From Thermodesulfobacteriota bacterium (GTDB lineage: Bacteria; Desulfobacterota_D; UBA1144): 64,000 nucleotides of DNA. The DNA lies in assembly GCA_029246845.1 (NCBI GenBank), contig JAQWMJ010000040.1:1-64000 (forward strand), written 5' to 3'. Shown in pieces: positions 10,174 through 20,171 of this stretch. Both the position numbers and the translations under genes were made by a program. How positions within the stretch are numbered: position 1 is the stretch's first letter; each line of letters opens with the position of its first letter. The notes below the pieces were generated by a model. It had not been told where the DNA came from. It ran no database searches and saw only the letters and a program-made list of their open reading frames with translations.

Positions 10174-10950
10174 CTATTTTAGTCCAAGCAGTAATCTTTG
10201 AATAGTTGCATACAAAGAAAGAATAGTAATAAAAACTATTGTTAGCATAAATATTAAATGCTCGATTCCAAACAATTGAATCCCATAATATTCCAAAGAT
10301 GCGCTTATCAAACCGCCTAAACCAAGACACACTACCCTTTCTGGTCTTTGCATTATTCCGATATTAGTTTGAAAACCATGGTTTTCTGCAACAGCCTTGA
10401 CATAACTTACAGTCAGACCAAATACAGCGGCTAAGTATATAAAATAAACAAAATAAGTTGAAAAATAGAATATTAAAAGACCTAACATAACCACGATTTC
10501 TGAGAACCTATCAAGACAGCTGTCTAAAAAAGCACCCTTGTCAGATGAGATCGAATTAATCCTAGCAACCCTTCCATCTAGAATATCAAAACTCGACCCT
10601 GCTAAGAGAACCAAAGATGCAAAGAATATCGAGCCCACTGAAAATAAATAAGCAGTCAAGAAAGAAATAAGGAAGGACATCAGAGTTAAAAAATTAGGAT
10701 CAATCTTGACTTTTACTAAATTATCTTCGATGGGTGAAATTACATATGTCCACCATTCTTTGTAGACACTTGAAATAACAGTATCATCCTGATATCCCTT
10801 TGAACTTTTAGTAGCCTTTAGAATAGTTTTACTATAAACATCGTCCTCATTTTTACTCAAAAGGGCTGACCATCCTTTAAAACATAAAAGAATAGTTATT
10901 GTAAAAATAAAAATATTATGTGGGTTAATAAGTTCAAGATAGCTATTCAT
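10174..10950 (-). CDS. CDP-alcohol phosphatidyltransferase, phosphatidylinositol-phosphate synthase-like
   Basis: DILDGRVAR..GAFLDSCLDR family motif; SYVKA..GIMQRPER as in PIP/AIP synthases. Confidence 0.85.
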   Translation of the reverse strand: MNSYLELINPHNIFIFTITILLCFKGWSALLSKNEDDVYSKTILKATKSSKGYQDDTVISSVYKEWWTYVISPIEDNLVKVKIDPNFLTLMSFLISFLTAYLFSVGSIFFASLVLLAGSSFDILDGRVARINSISSDKGAFLDSCLDRFSEIVVMLGLLIFYFSTYFVYFIYLAAVFGLTVSYVKAVAENHGFQTNIGIMQRPERVVCLGLGGLISASLEYYGIQLFGIEHLIFMLTIVFITILSLYATIQRLLLGLK

Positions 10951-10975
10951 GATTCCTCTTCAATAATAAAATTTA

Positions 10976-12619
10976 TCACATTCTTTCTGGTGATGATACA
11001 CCAAGCAAATTCAAACCATTTACAAAAACTATTTTAATGGAACTTAATAGCAAGACTCTTGCTTTACTTAATTCATCATCCTCAACTAGAACTTTTGTGT
11101 TTTTGTAATAACTATGAAAAATTGCGGCAAGCTCTTGTAAGTAAAAAGCAACTTTATGAGGAGACATTGTATTAGAAGCTTCTTCTACAGTATCAGGGAA
11201 ACTTAATATTTTTTTTATGAGCCCAATCTCTTTTTCTTCTGTCAAGAGAGCTAGATTAGCTGATTCCATATCGTGCTTATTTAAATCATCTTTATTTAAA
11301 ATACTGTTAATTCTTGCGCTTGCATATTGTATATAGAAAATCGGATTGTCATCTGACCCCTCCCTACACTTGTCCAAATCAAAGTCAAAATGAGAATCTG
11401 AACTTCTTGATACCATCATAAACCTTACTAAATCTTTATTGAACTCATTAAGCATATCTTTAATTGTAGTATAAGTTCCAGATCTCTTTGACATGGAAAC
11501 ATCTTGACCATCTTTTATCAATCTTACAAACTGAATCAAAACAAAGTCCAGTTTAGTTAGATCATTTGAAAGCAACTTCATAGATGCTTTCAATCTGGAA
11601 ATATGACTATGATGATCGGCACCCCAAACATTAATAATCTTGTCAAAACCTCTATCGAATTTATCGTGATGATATGCTATATCATTCATAAAATAAGTAG
11701 ATGATTCGTTAGACTTAGTAACAACCCAGTCATCATTATCACCATAATCTGAAGTTTTAATCCACTCAGCTCCTTCTTTTTTATACAGTCCGCCTACAGA
11801 CTGTATAAGTTTTTTAATATTTACAACGGAATCTGTGTCATGAATCTTTTTCTTCTCCGAATACCAAGAATCGAAGCTAATGTCTAAATCTTTAAGATCT
11901 TTCTCTATCTCCTCAGTAAGATAGCTAATTGCGAAGTTAGAAAAAAAAGAATTTTCCTCTTTCAGTATTGACTCCGAATCTTTAGTCATCAAAAGAGTTT
12001 CAGCCACATCAATTAAATAGTCACCTTTATATCCACCTTCTGGAATATTAAAAACAAGATTTAATTTTTCTAAAACTCTTTCTTTTAAAGATTCACCCAA
12101 TAGGCGTACTTGGTTACCATAATCATTTACATAATATTCTTTAACAACATCGTATCCATAAAATTTTAATATTCTTGCAACAGAATCACCAACTGCAGCA
12201 TTCCTCAAGTGCCCAAGGTGGAGTAAGCCTGTAGGATTAGCCGAGACAAACTCAATTAGAACTTTCTTATTATTTTTAGGTCCTGAACCAAAATTGACCC
12301 CTTTTAAAAGCACATCCGCAAGATAGTCTTGATAAATTTCATTAGAAATTACAAAATTAATAAATCCAGGCTTCTCAACTGTTATATCCTGAAAAAAAGA
12401 ATCCTGCGATTGCTTCAATAGAACTAGCATTTCCTCAGCTAAATCAATAGGCTTTGATTTCAACCTACCTGAGCTGATCATAGCAAAGTTAGTTGAAAAA
12501 TCTCCATGGTCCGTATTACGAGGTATGGAAAGTGAAAGATTAGAGAAATCTAGGTCAGAGAATCTTGAGTCTTTAATTAATGAATTCTTAATTTTTTCAA
12601 TTATTTCGTCTGTCAACAT
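10976..12619 (-). CDS. argS: Arginine--tRNA ligase
   Basis: EFVSANPTGLLHLGH, WGADH, MSKRSG, NPIFYIQYA. Confidence 0.97.
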   Translation of the reverse strand: MLTDEIIEKIKNSLIKDSRFSDLDFSNLSLSIPRNTDHGDFSTNFAMISSGRLKSKPIDLAEEMLVLLKQSQDSFFQDITVEKPGFINFVISNEIYQDYLADVLLKGVNFGSGPKNNKKVLIEFVSANPTGLLHLGHLRNAAVGDSVARILKFYGYDVVKEYYVNDYGNQVRLLGESLKERVLEKLNLVFNIPEGGYKGDYLIDVAETLLMTKDSESILKEENSFFSNFAISYLTEEIEKDLKDLDISFDSWYSEKKKIHDTDSVVNIKKLIQSVGGLYKKEGAEWIKTSDYGDNDDWVVTKSNESSTYFMNDIAYHHDKFDRGFDKIINVWGADHHSHISRLKASMKLLSNDLTKLDFVLIQFVRLIKDGQDVSMSKRSGTYTTIKDMLNEFNKDLVRFMMVSRSSDSHFDFDLDKCREGSDDNPIFYIQYASARINSILNKDDLNKHDMESANLALLTEEKEIGLIKKILSFPDTVEEASNTMSPHKVAFYLQELAAIFHSYYKNTKVLVEDDELSKARVLLLSSIKIVFVNGLNLLGVSSPERM

Positions 12620-12623
12620 AACG

Positions 12624-13289
12624 CTACCTTATTTCAACCTCTACCTCACCTACTCCATCTACAAATTTAAGGACTTTATTATTTGATTTTAAATGGTCGA
12701 CAGAATCTAAAATATCTAAGGTCAAATCATTATTAGAAAAAGTAGCTTCTGATATCGCCCCGGATTCAGTAGTAAAGTCGGCGAAGAACTTCAATTCCTT
12801 ATTCGAAATCGTACATAGTATAGATGCAATTACTAAGTTGTGTGTAACAATTAATACCATGCTCTCAGGAGGTAAACCTTTCAATGTATCCTTGATATAG
12901 ATTAAGCTTCTATCTCGGACTTCACCTAAAGTCTCTCCTTTTGGTAACCTAAAATTTTCAGGATTTTCTCTCCAGATTCTTAGTTCATCAGCATACTTTT
13001 GTCTCAGATAACTTAATGATAATCCTTCAAATTCACCCTGATCCATTTCTCTTAACTTTTCAGAGTAAACAACTCTAAATCGTTCGTCATAATTAATTTC
13101 ATTTAAAGTTTGCTTTGCTCTTTTAAGATCACTACAAAAAACATAATCGACTTTTTTATCTTTGAAATATACTCCGAGTTTCTTTGCTTGAGCAAATCCA
13201 TTAGGGTTTAATTCTAGATCGGTAATGCCCTGACACCTTTCTTCTTTGTTCCAATCAGTTTCACAATGTCTAACAAAAATTATTTTCAT
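12624..13289 (-). CDS. Histidine phosphatase family protein (CobC/PspA-like)
   Basis: VRHCET (RHG variant), SDLKRA, LREMDQGEFEG, VTH. Confidence 0.9.
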   Translation of the reverse strand: MKIIFVRHCETDWNKEERCQGITDLELNPNGFAQAKKLGVYFKDKKVDYVFCSDLKRAKQTLNEINYDERFRVVYSEKLREMDQGEFEGLSLSYLRQKYADELRIWRENPENFRLPKGETLGEVRDRSLIYIKDTLKGLPPESMVLIVTHNLVIASILCTISNKELKFFADFTTESGAISEATFSNNDLTLDILDSVDHLKSNNKVLKFVDGVGEVEVEIR

Positions 13290-13375
13290 AATAGACTATT
13301 ATTGTAGACTATTTATCTCTAATAACTAATCAAAAAAAATTTTGTTTATAAAGACTAATTATTGTATAAGTAAAT

Positions 13376-13735
13376 ATGTCCCAATACAGAAAAGGATACT
13401 TATTTGAAAAAAAAACTCACACAAAAGTAGCTGATTTAATATCAAATCATAAAGAACTGAAATTTTATGGAATTGAGAGTCGAGGTAGTAAGGGAGCTGC
13501 CGATATTGTTTTTGGTCTCTATAATATGAAAAACCAAAATAGAATTTGGATTGGTGTTCAATGTAAAAGAGGTTATGTTTCGAAACCAGAAAAATCAAGG
13601 GAAATAGAAGATGCTATGAACAATTTTGGTATGATTATGTTTTATAGCACTCCCTCAAAAGAAAAGAAATCTGAAATTGAATTTCATCCTAATTTTGAAG
13701 AATGGTTAAAAGAATGGGTCTTATCTAAAAACTAA
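13376..13735 (+). CDS. Hjc-like PD-(D/E)xK nuclease (putative Holliday junction resolvase)
   Basis: YRKGYLFE / SRGSKGAADIV / IGVQCK parallel archaeal Hjc YRKG..E / SAGS..D / ExK; similar small size. Confidence 0.7.
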   Translation: MSQYRKGYLFEKKTHTKVADLISNHKELKFYGIESRGSKGAADIVFGLYNMKNQNRIWIGVQCKRGYVSKPEKSREIEDAMNNFGMIMFYSTPSKEKKSEIEFHPNFEEWLKEWVLSKN

Positions 13736-14478
13736 ATTAAAGCTTCAATAACAGAATCGTCTATATCAAAGTTTGAATGAACTTTTTGCACATCATCGCA
13801 ATCATCTAACAAGTCCAACATTTTAAGCATATGCTCTGCAGGTTTACCTTCCACTTTAACAGAATTGGAAGGTATCATTGAAATTTCAGCATTTTCAAAA
13901 TCTACATTACTTTCCTCAAGACCCTTTCTAACTTCTTCGAATTTATCTACCTCAGTCAAGACAAGGAAAACCTCTCCATCACTAATTACATCATCCGCAC
14001 CTAAGTCTAGCGATAAATCAATCAAAGAATCTTCCTCTATGGACTTTATTGGTACCTCGAATTTTCCCTTTTTATTAAAAATCCATGAAACGCATCCAGA
14101 CTCTCCTAAGTTTCCTCCAAACTTGCTAAAAGCTCTTCTAAGCTCTGAAACTGTCCTATTCTTATTATCTGTTAAAACTTCCACAAGAACAGCTGTTCCG
14201 CCAGGACCATATCCTTCATATGTTGTTTCAATATAAGTATCACTAGCCAGTTCACCTGTTCCTTTTTTAATTGCTCTTTCAGAAGTATCTTTAGGCATAT
14301 TGGCACTTCTAGCATTAAGTAATGCTAGTCTTAATCTTGGATTAATATCAGGGTCACCACCACCATCTCTTGATGCAACCGTAATCTCACGTATTAACTT
14401 AGTGAATATCTTTCCCCTCTTAGCATCTAAGGCACCTTTTTTGTGTTTAATAGAGCTCCACTTTGAATGTCCTGACAT
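13732..14478 (-). CDS. yebC: YebC/PmpR family protein
   Basis: MSGHSKWSSIKHKKG, YEGYGPGG, DDCDDVQKV. Confidence 0.97.
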   Translation of the reverse strand: MSGHSKWSSIKHKKGALDAKRGKIFTKLIREITVASRDGGGDPDINPRLRLALLNARSANMPKDTSERAIKKGTGELASDTYIETTYEGYGPGGTAVLVEVLTDNKNRTVSELRRAFSKFGGNLGESGCVSWIFNKKGKFEVPIKSIEEDSLIDLSLDLGADDVISDGEVFLVLTEVDKFEEVRKGLEESNVDFENAEISMIPSNSVKVEGKPAEHMLKMLDLLDDCDDVQKVHSNFDIDDSVIEALI

Positions 14479-14626
14479 ATTTCCACCTACTGTTTAATTA
14501 CAAATCTTATCAAATAATAGTATACAAAACAATTAAAAAAATTGACATTTCTTAAAATATGATTATAAATATATATAAGAACTAGGTTTTAATATAAATC
14601 CCAAGCAATTATTCCAAAGGTAATAA

Positions 14627-15931
14627 ATGAGTAAGAAGATTACAGCTACCACTGAAAATTCTAGCAAGAAGAGTTTAGATTTGATGAATCTAAATGAGCT
14701 TAGAGAATTAAAATCTGAAGAACTCCAGCAAATCGCCTTAGACTCTAAGATAGATGACATAGGAAAGATGACTAGACAAGAGATAACGTATGCGATTCTC
14801 AAATCTCAATATGAAAGTAAAGGTGAAATTTATGCAGAGGGAGTTTTAGAGATATTAAATGAGGGGTATGGATTCCTTCGATCACCAAAATATAGCTATC
14901 TTCCAGGTCCCGACGATATATATGTCTCAAAATCGCAAGTAAGATCTTTTATTCTAAAATCTGGGGATACTGTTGGTGGCTATGTAAGGCTACCTCGTGA
15001 AAGTGAAAAAAATCTAGCTTTACTAAAAATTGAATCTGTTAATTTTGGAGATCCTGACTATTGTAGAGAGAGAATAAGTTTTGGCAATAGAGTTCCTCTT
15101 CATCCAAATAGTAGACTAGACATGGAGAATGATCCTGATGAACTTTCAACAAGAGTTATAGATATGTTCATCCCAATAGGTAAAGGACAAAGGGCACTTC
15201 TTGTTGCTCCGCCAAGAACAGGAAAGACTGTCTTGTTACAAAAGATAGCTAAAGCGATAACGGACAATAATCCAGATGTATCGCTATTTGTACTACTCAT
15301 AGATGAAAGACCTGAAGAGGTTACGGAAATGGAAAGATCAGTAAAAGGAGAAGTGGTAAGCTCTACTTTTGATGAACCTCCACAAAGACATGTCCAAGTA
15401 GCGGACATGGTTCTTGAAAAGGCTAAAAGACTTGTTGAACATGGTAAAGACGTAGTAATACTTTTAGATAGCATCACCAGGCTTGCAAGAGCAAGCAATA
15501 CTGTCTCACCTTCGAGTGGTAGAGTTTTAACAGGTGGTATGGAAGCGAATGCATTACAAAGACCAAAAAAATTCTTTGGAGCAGCTAGGAACACAGAAGA
15601 AGGTGGAAGTCTAACTATTATAGCTACGGCATTAATTGAGACTGGAAGCAGAATGGACGAAGTAATCTTTGAAGAGTTCAAAGGTACTGGAAATATGGAA
15701 ATCTATCTTGAGAGAAAATTAGCCGAAAAAAGGATCTACCCTGCGATTGATCTTCAGAAATCTGGAACTAGGAAGGAAGAATTACTAATAGAACCAGATG
15801 ATTTAAATAGAATATGGCTCCTAAGGAAAGTTCTTAACCCTATGAGTCCCAACGAATCTATGGAATTCTTATTGGACAAACTAAAGGCCTCAAAATCAAA
15901 TCAAGAATTTTTAAAAGCTATGAATAGTTAA
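14627..15931 (+). CDS. rho: Transcription termination factor Rho
   Basis: [39 protein letters not shown] at 14542-14547 upstream. Confidence 0.98.
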   Translation: MSKKITATTENSSKKSLDLMNLNELRELKSEELQQIALDSKIDDIGKMTRQEITYAILKSQYESKGEIYAEGVLEILNEGYGFLRSPKYSYLPGPDDIYVSKSQVRSFILKSGDTVGGYVRLPRESEKNLALLKIESVNFGDPDYCRERISFGNRVPLHPNSRLDMENDPDELSTRVIDMFIPIGKGQRALLVAPPRTGKTVLLQKIAKAITDNNPDVSLFVLLIDERPEEVTEMERSVKGEVVSSTFDEPPQRHVQVADMVLEKAKRLVEHGKDVVILLDSITRLARASNTVSPSSGRVLTGGMEANALQRPKKFFGAARNTEEGGSLTIIATALIETGSRMDEVIFEEFKGTGNMEIYLERKLAEKRIYPAIDLQKSGTRKEELLIEPDDLNRIWLLRKVLNPMSPNESMEFLLDKLKASKSNQEFLKAMNS

Positions 15932-15959
15932 GGACACCAACATAAGTCGATGTCCTTAA
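15928..15959 (-). terminator. 14-bp stem-loop at the 3' end of the histone-like gene (no U-tract)
   Basis: Minus-strand UUAAGGACAUCGAC-UUAU-GUUGGUGUCCUUAA with two G-U pairs. Confidence 0.7.
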
Positions 15960-15975
15960 TCTAACAAAATAAACA

Positions 15976-16404
15976 CTACCTTTTCTTTTTCTTGGTAGCC
16001 TTACGCTTCTTAGCTACAGTCTTTTTCTTAGCTACAGTCTTTTTCTTAGCCGCTGGCTTTTTCTTAGCTGCAGTCTTCTTCTTAGCCGCTGGCTTTTTCT
16101 TAGCTGCAGTCTTCTTCTTAGCTACAGTCTTTTTCTTAACAGCTGGCTTTTTCTTAGCTGCAGTCTTCTTCTTAGCTACAGTCTTTTTCTTAACAGCTGG
16201 CTTTTTCTTAGCTGCAGTCTTTTTCTTAGCTACAGTCTTTTTCTTAGCCGCTGGCTTTTTCTTAGCTGCAGTCTTTTTCTTAGCTACAGTCTTTTTCTTA
16301 ACAGCTGGCTTTTTCTTAGCTACAGTCTTTTTCTTAGCTACGACTTTCTTCTTTGCTGCTGTCTTCTTTTTTGCAACAGGTTTTTTCTTTTTTGCTACTG
16401 CCAT
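15976..16404 (-). CDS. Histone H1-like (Hc2/AlgP-type) Lys/Ala-rich DNA-binding protein
   Basis: About 21 KKK[TPV][AV][AV] hexapeptides; SD GGAGGT; own promoter and 3' hairpin. Confidence 0.85.
   Translation of the reverse strand: MAVAKKKKPVAKKKTAAKKKVVAKKKTVAKKKPAVKKKTVAKKKTAAKKKPAAKKKTVAKKKTAAKKKPAVKKKTVAKKKTAAKKKPAVKKKTVAKKKTAAKKKPAAKKKTAAKKKPAAKKKTVAKKKTVAKKRKATKKKKR
16012..16371 (-). repeat. 18-bp tandem repeat array with 54-bp higher-order period
   Basis: 20 consecutive hexapeptide units cycling KKKTVA-KKKTAA-KKKPA(A/V). Confidence 0.9.
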
Positions 16405-16500
16405 AACTTTATACCTCCACTTTAGAATATAAAATTAAAGATTTAATATTTTTTTACGAACACAAAAATAAAAAATATTAAAAATTCAATATTTATTTTT

Positions 16501-16529
16501 ACTGTAGGATGTTTGAAAAAAATTGTCAA
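16501..16529 (-). promoter_or_regulatory. sigma70 promoter of histone-like gene
   Basis: Minus-strand TTGACA (16529-16524), 17 nt, TACAGT (16506-16501). Confidence 0.65.
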
Positions 16530-16601
16530 GCAGTTTTTATAAAAAAATTATAGAAAAATTTAAAAAAATATATTGATCTTTTTGTAATATTTTCCTTAGG
16601 A

Positions 16602-17912
16602 CTAATCTTCTTGTTCTAAATCAGTTAACTTTGATTTCTTAAACCAATCATTAACTATGTTGTAAAAAGCATCGAGCAATATTTGACTTTCTATAGGTTC
16701 ACAAACTTCATCAGTAAAAGCTTTGATAAGCATAAGCATAGCTTTCTCTTTATTTATTCCTCTGGCTTGAAGGTACAAAAGAGCTTCTTTGTCAATTTGA
16801 CCAATAGTTGCTCCATGAGAACATTTTACGTCATCAGCATATATCTCTAACTGAGGCTTTGTATCAACTTGAGCGCTATCAGACAATAGTAAGTTTCGAT
16901 TTGTCTGGTAGGCATTTGTCTGCTGTGCTTCCTCGTGAACTAAGATTCTTCCATGGAATACTCCCTTAGATGAATCGTTTAACAATCCTTTATAAAGTTG
17001 CCTACTTCCGCAATTTGCTTTTAAATGCTCTACAAACATGAAGTTATCCATGAGTTGTTCCTCGATAGACAGATACAAGCCTAATATGTTGGAATAAGAG
17101 CCTTCTCCGTTAAGAATTGGATGCACATTGTTCCTTATAAGCTGTCCACCACAAAGAATCGAATTAGTAGTAAAATGTGAGTCTCTATCTTGAATAATCT
17201 TAAGATTTGAGAAAATAAAAGAGCTCTTACTTCCATCCTCAACAAGTAGGTGTTCCACTTTGGAGTTCTTCTCAATATAAGCTGTTGCAGTCTTATTTAA
17301 GAAATATTCATTGTTCAATTCAGATGATGAATACTCTATTATTTCCGCTGTTGATGATTCTTCAAAATAAAAAATATTTCTAGTATTTAAAAACTTATTA
17401 TCAATTTCAGAATCAAAAGTATTTATAATCACAATTGGTTTATCAACTGCTTGTCCTCTTTTTACTTTTAAAAAAAGACCATGCTCGATAAAAGCAGAAC
17501 CTAGCTCATAAAAAAAATCCTTATTTTTAGTTGAAGTGTTATCAAGTAAAACCTTCTTTACTTCAGGATAGTCAAATGAACTCTTTAGGCCTTGAACAAG
17601 AAAAGGGTATTCATAATCAAATACAAGTTCTCCATTGTGCACATACAGGAAATAACCATCTATATTATTTATATAATCTGGTAATTCAGGTTTGTTATAT
17701 TTTAAAGTCTTTGAAATGTATGGTGAGAAATTACGATTAGCAAAATCCTTTAGACTAGTAAATCTCCAATCTTCGTTTGTAAGATTTGGCAATCCTAAGC
17801 TTTCTACAGCATTTATTCCATCCAACCTATAGCTTCCAACCCATTGCAAAGAATGCTTGGCAAACTCTCTATCTTTAAAATCTTTTACTAAACTAGTCTC
17901 TAAATTATCCAT
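16602..17912 (-). CDS. sufD: Fe-S cluster assembly protein SufD
   Basis: EDWRFT, KPQLEIYADDVKCSHGAT; ATG 17912 chosen. Confidence 0.93.
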   Translation of the reverse strand: MDNLETSLVKDFKDREFAKHSLQWVGSYRLDGINAVESLGLPNLTNEDWRFTSLKDFANRNFSPYISKTLKYNKPELPDYINNIDGYFLYVHNGELVFDYEYPFLVQGLKSSFDYPEVKKVLLDNTSTKNKDFFYELGSAFIEHGLFLKVKRGQAVDKPIVIINTFDSEIDNKFLNTRNIFYFEESSTAEIIEYSSSELNNEYFLNKTATAYIEKNSKVEHLLVEDGSKSSFIFSNLKIIQDRDSHFTTNSILCGGQLIRNNVHPILNGEGSYSNILGLYLSIEEQLMDNFMFVEHLKANCGSRQLYKGLLNDSSKGVFHGRILVHEEAQQTNAYQTNRNLLLSDSAQVDTKPQLEIYADDVKCSHGATIGQIDKEALLYLQARGINKEKAMLMLIKAFTDEVCEPIESQILLDAFYNIVNDWFKKSKLTDLEQED

Positions 17913-17914
17913 AA

Positions 17915-18655
17915 TTAATCTTCCAACCAAGAATATCCTTTTGATTCAAGTTCTAAAGCCAAATCTTTTGCACCAGATTTAACTATTTTTCCATTAACTA
18001 AAACATGAACATAATCTGGGACTATATAATCCAAAAGTCTTTGATAGTGGGTTATAACTAAGAAAGCGGTTTCTTTGCTTCTAAGGGAATTTACCCCATT
18101 TGCTACGATTTGAAGTGCATCAATGTCCAATCCAGAATCTGTTTCGTCTAGAATTGAAAGCAAAGGTTCCAATATAGCCATTTGAAGGATCTCGTTCCTT
18201 TTCTTTTCACCCCCAGAGAAACCTTCATTTAGAGATCTCTTTAAAAATGACTCGTCCATCTTTAGCATCTTAATTTTTTCTTTCGCCAGCTTTCCAAACT
18301 GAACAGGCTTAAGCGGAGGATTTCCTCTGGCCTTATTAATAGAATTAAAGGCTTCTCTTAAAAAATAACCATTAGAAACTCCCGGAATTTCAATTGGATA
18401 CTGAAATGCAAGGAAAATTCCTTGCTGAGCTCTTTCATCTGGAGCCAATTCTAAAATACTTTCTCCATTATAAATAATATCTCCTTGTGTAATATCATAG
18501 TCTTCTTTTCCAGCCATAATAGAAGCCAAAGTACTTTTGCCGGAACCGTTAGGTCCCATAATTGAATGTACTTCACCTTTGTTTATTTTTAAATTTAATC
18601 CGTTTAAAATCTTTTGCCCTTCAACTTCAGCATGAAGATTAACAATCTCTAACAT
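17915..18655 (-). CDS. sufC: Fe-S cluster assembly ATPase SufC
   Basis: [28 protein letters not shown]. Confidence 0.97.
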   Translation of the reverse strand: MLEIVNLHAEVEGQKILNGLNLKINKGEVHSIMGPNGSGKSTLASIMAGKEDYDITQGDIIYNGESILELAPDERAQQGIFLAFQYPIEIPGVSNGYFLREAFNSINKARGNPPLKPVQFGKLAKEKIKMLKMDESFLKRSLNEGFSGGEKKRNEILQMAILEPLLSILDETDSGLDIDALQIVANGVNSLRSKETAFLVITHYQRLLDYIVPDYVHVLVNGKIVKSGAKDLALELESKGYSWLED

Positions 18656-18693
18656 AAATAACTCCCTAATAAATTTATAAAAACCTTAAAAGT

Positions 18694-20151
18694 TTAGCCA
18701 ACACTTCCTTCTAAGCTAACACTTAGAAGTCTCTCTGCTTCTACAGCAAACTCAAAAGGTAGTTCTTTAAAAACCTCTTTGCAAAAACCATTAACAATTA
18801 ATGATAGTGCATCTTCCTCAGACATTCCTCTTTGTTGACAATAAAAAATTTGATCTTCTCCCACTTTTGAAGTGGTTGCCTCATGCTCCAATTGAGCACT
18901 TGGGTTTTTAACTTCTATGTAAGGAAAGGTATGTGCACCACAGTTTTCGCCTATTAAAATTGAATCACAAACTGTATAGTTTCTAGCATTTTCGGCGTTT
19001 TTGGAAACTTCAACTAAACCTCTATATATATTCTGACCATAGCCAGCCGAAATACCCTTTGAAACAATTGTACTTTTAGTATTCTTTCCTATATGAATCA
19101 TTTTAGTGCCAGTATCAGCCTGTTGCCTATTGTTTGTTAAAGCAACAGAATAAAATTCACCTACAGAGTTGTCGCCAGACAGGATGCAGCTAGGATATTT
19201 CCAGGTAATAGCAGATCCAGTTTCAACCTGGGTCCAAGAGATTCTAGAATTTTTACCAACACAGTTACCTCTTTTTGTCACAAAGTTATAAATTCCACCC
19301 CTACCTTCCTTGTCACCTGGATACCAATTCTGAATTGTTGAGTATTTAATTGTTGCATCATCAAAAGCAATTAGCTCAACACAGGCTGCATGCAGTTGAC
19401 TGGTACTCCTCTTAGGCGCGGTACAGCCCTCTAGATAGCTTACGCTACTTCCTTCTTCTGCAACAATGAGTGTTCTCTCAAATTGCCCTGTATCTTCTGC
19501 ATTAATTCTGAAATAAGTTGAAAGCTCCATTGGGCATTTGACCCCTTTTGGAATATATACAAATGACCCATCAGTAAACACAGCAGCATTTAAGGCCGCA
19601 AAATAATTATCTCCAGCGGGAATTACGCGACCCAGATATTTTTTAACTAACTCTTCATGTTCTTCCACAGCCTCTGAGAAAGAGCAAAATATAATTCCAA
19701 GTTTTGCAAGTTTATCTTTGAAGGTTGTTACAAGCGACACACTATCAAAAACTACATCTACTGCAATACCTTCAAGTTGTTTTTGCTCTTCAAGTGGAAT
19801 TCCAAGCTTATTGTAAGTATCAATTATTTCAGGATCAATTTCGTCCAGAGATTTTGGCATATCTTTTGGGGCAGCAAAATAGCTTATACCGTTATAATCA
19901 ATGGGCTCTATATTAAGTTTAGCCCAAGAAGGCTCCTGCATCGTTTTCCATTTCTTATAAGCCTTTAATCTAAAATCCAAAAGCCATTTTGGCTCGTTTT
20001 TTTTTTCTGATATAAAGTGTATAACCTCTTCGCTTATACCCTTAGGAATTATCTCTTGCTCAATATCAGTTACAAAACCATACTTATATTCGTTTTTTTC
20101 AAACATTTCTTTAGTAGGTTGATCATTATCAATTTTTAATTCTTTAGTCAT
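18694..20151 (-). CDS. sufB: Fe-S cluster assembly protein SufB
   Basis: [31 protein letters not shown]-terminus. Confidence 0.98.
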   Translation of the reverse strand: MTKELKIDNDQPTKEMFEKNEYKYGFVTDIEQEIIPKGISEEVIHFISEKKNEPKWLLDFRLKAYKKWKTMQEPSWAKLNIEPIDYNGISYFAAPKDMPKSLDEIDPEIIDTYNKLGIPLEEQKQLEGIAVDVVFDSVSLVTTFKDKLAKLGIIFCSFSEAVEEHEELVKKYLGRVIPAGDNYFAALNAAVFTDGSFVYIPKGVKCPMELSTYFRINAEDTGQFERTLIVAEEGSSVSYLEGCTAPKRSTSQLHAACVELIAFDDATIKYSTIQNWYPGDKEGRGGIYNFVTKRGNCVGKNSRISWTQVETGSAITWKYPSCILSGDNSVGEFYSVALTNNRQQADTGTKMIHIGKNTKSTIVSKGISAGYGQNIYRGLVEVSKNAENARNYTVCDSILIGENCGAHTFPYIEVKNPSAQLEHEATTSKVGEDQIFYCQQRGMSEEDALSLIVNGFCKEVFKELPFEFAVEAERLLSVSLEGSVG

Positions 20152-20171
20152 GTTTTAGAAAACTCCCTATA

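Noticed and set aside
13292..13313. TAGACTATT direct repeat in the divergent promoter region
   Set aside because: Two 9-mers in AT-rich DNA; not distinguishable from chance
15100..15681. 193-aa antisense ORF in rho, and similar ORFs within topB, ffh, yebC, atpD, ilvD, coaBC and the RND genes
   Set aside because: Opposite-strand shadows of conserved genes with no motifs or initiation signals
16012..16371. Repeat array as a possible CRISPR
   Set aside because: Contiguous in-frame 18-bp units with no unique spacers and no cas genes
15992..16432. 146-aa hydrophobic + strand ORF (FFLAAV repeats)
   Set aside because: Antisense shadow of the Lys-rich repeat gene; the SD, promoter and hairpin all support the minus strand
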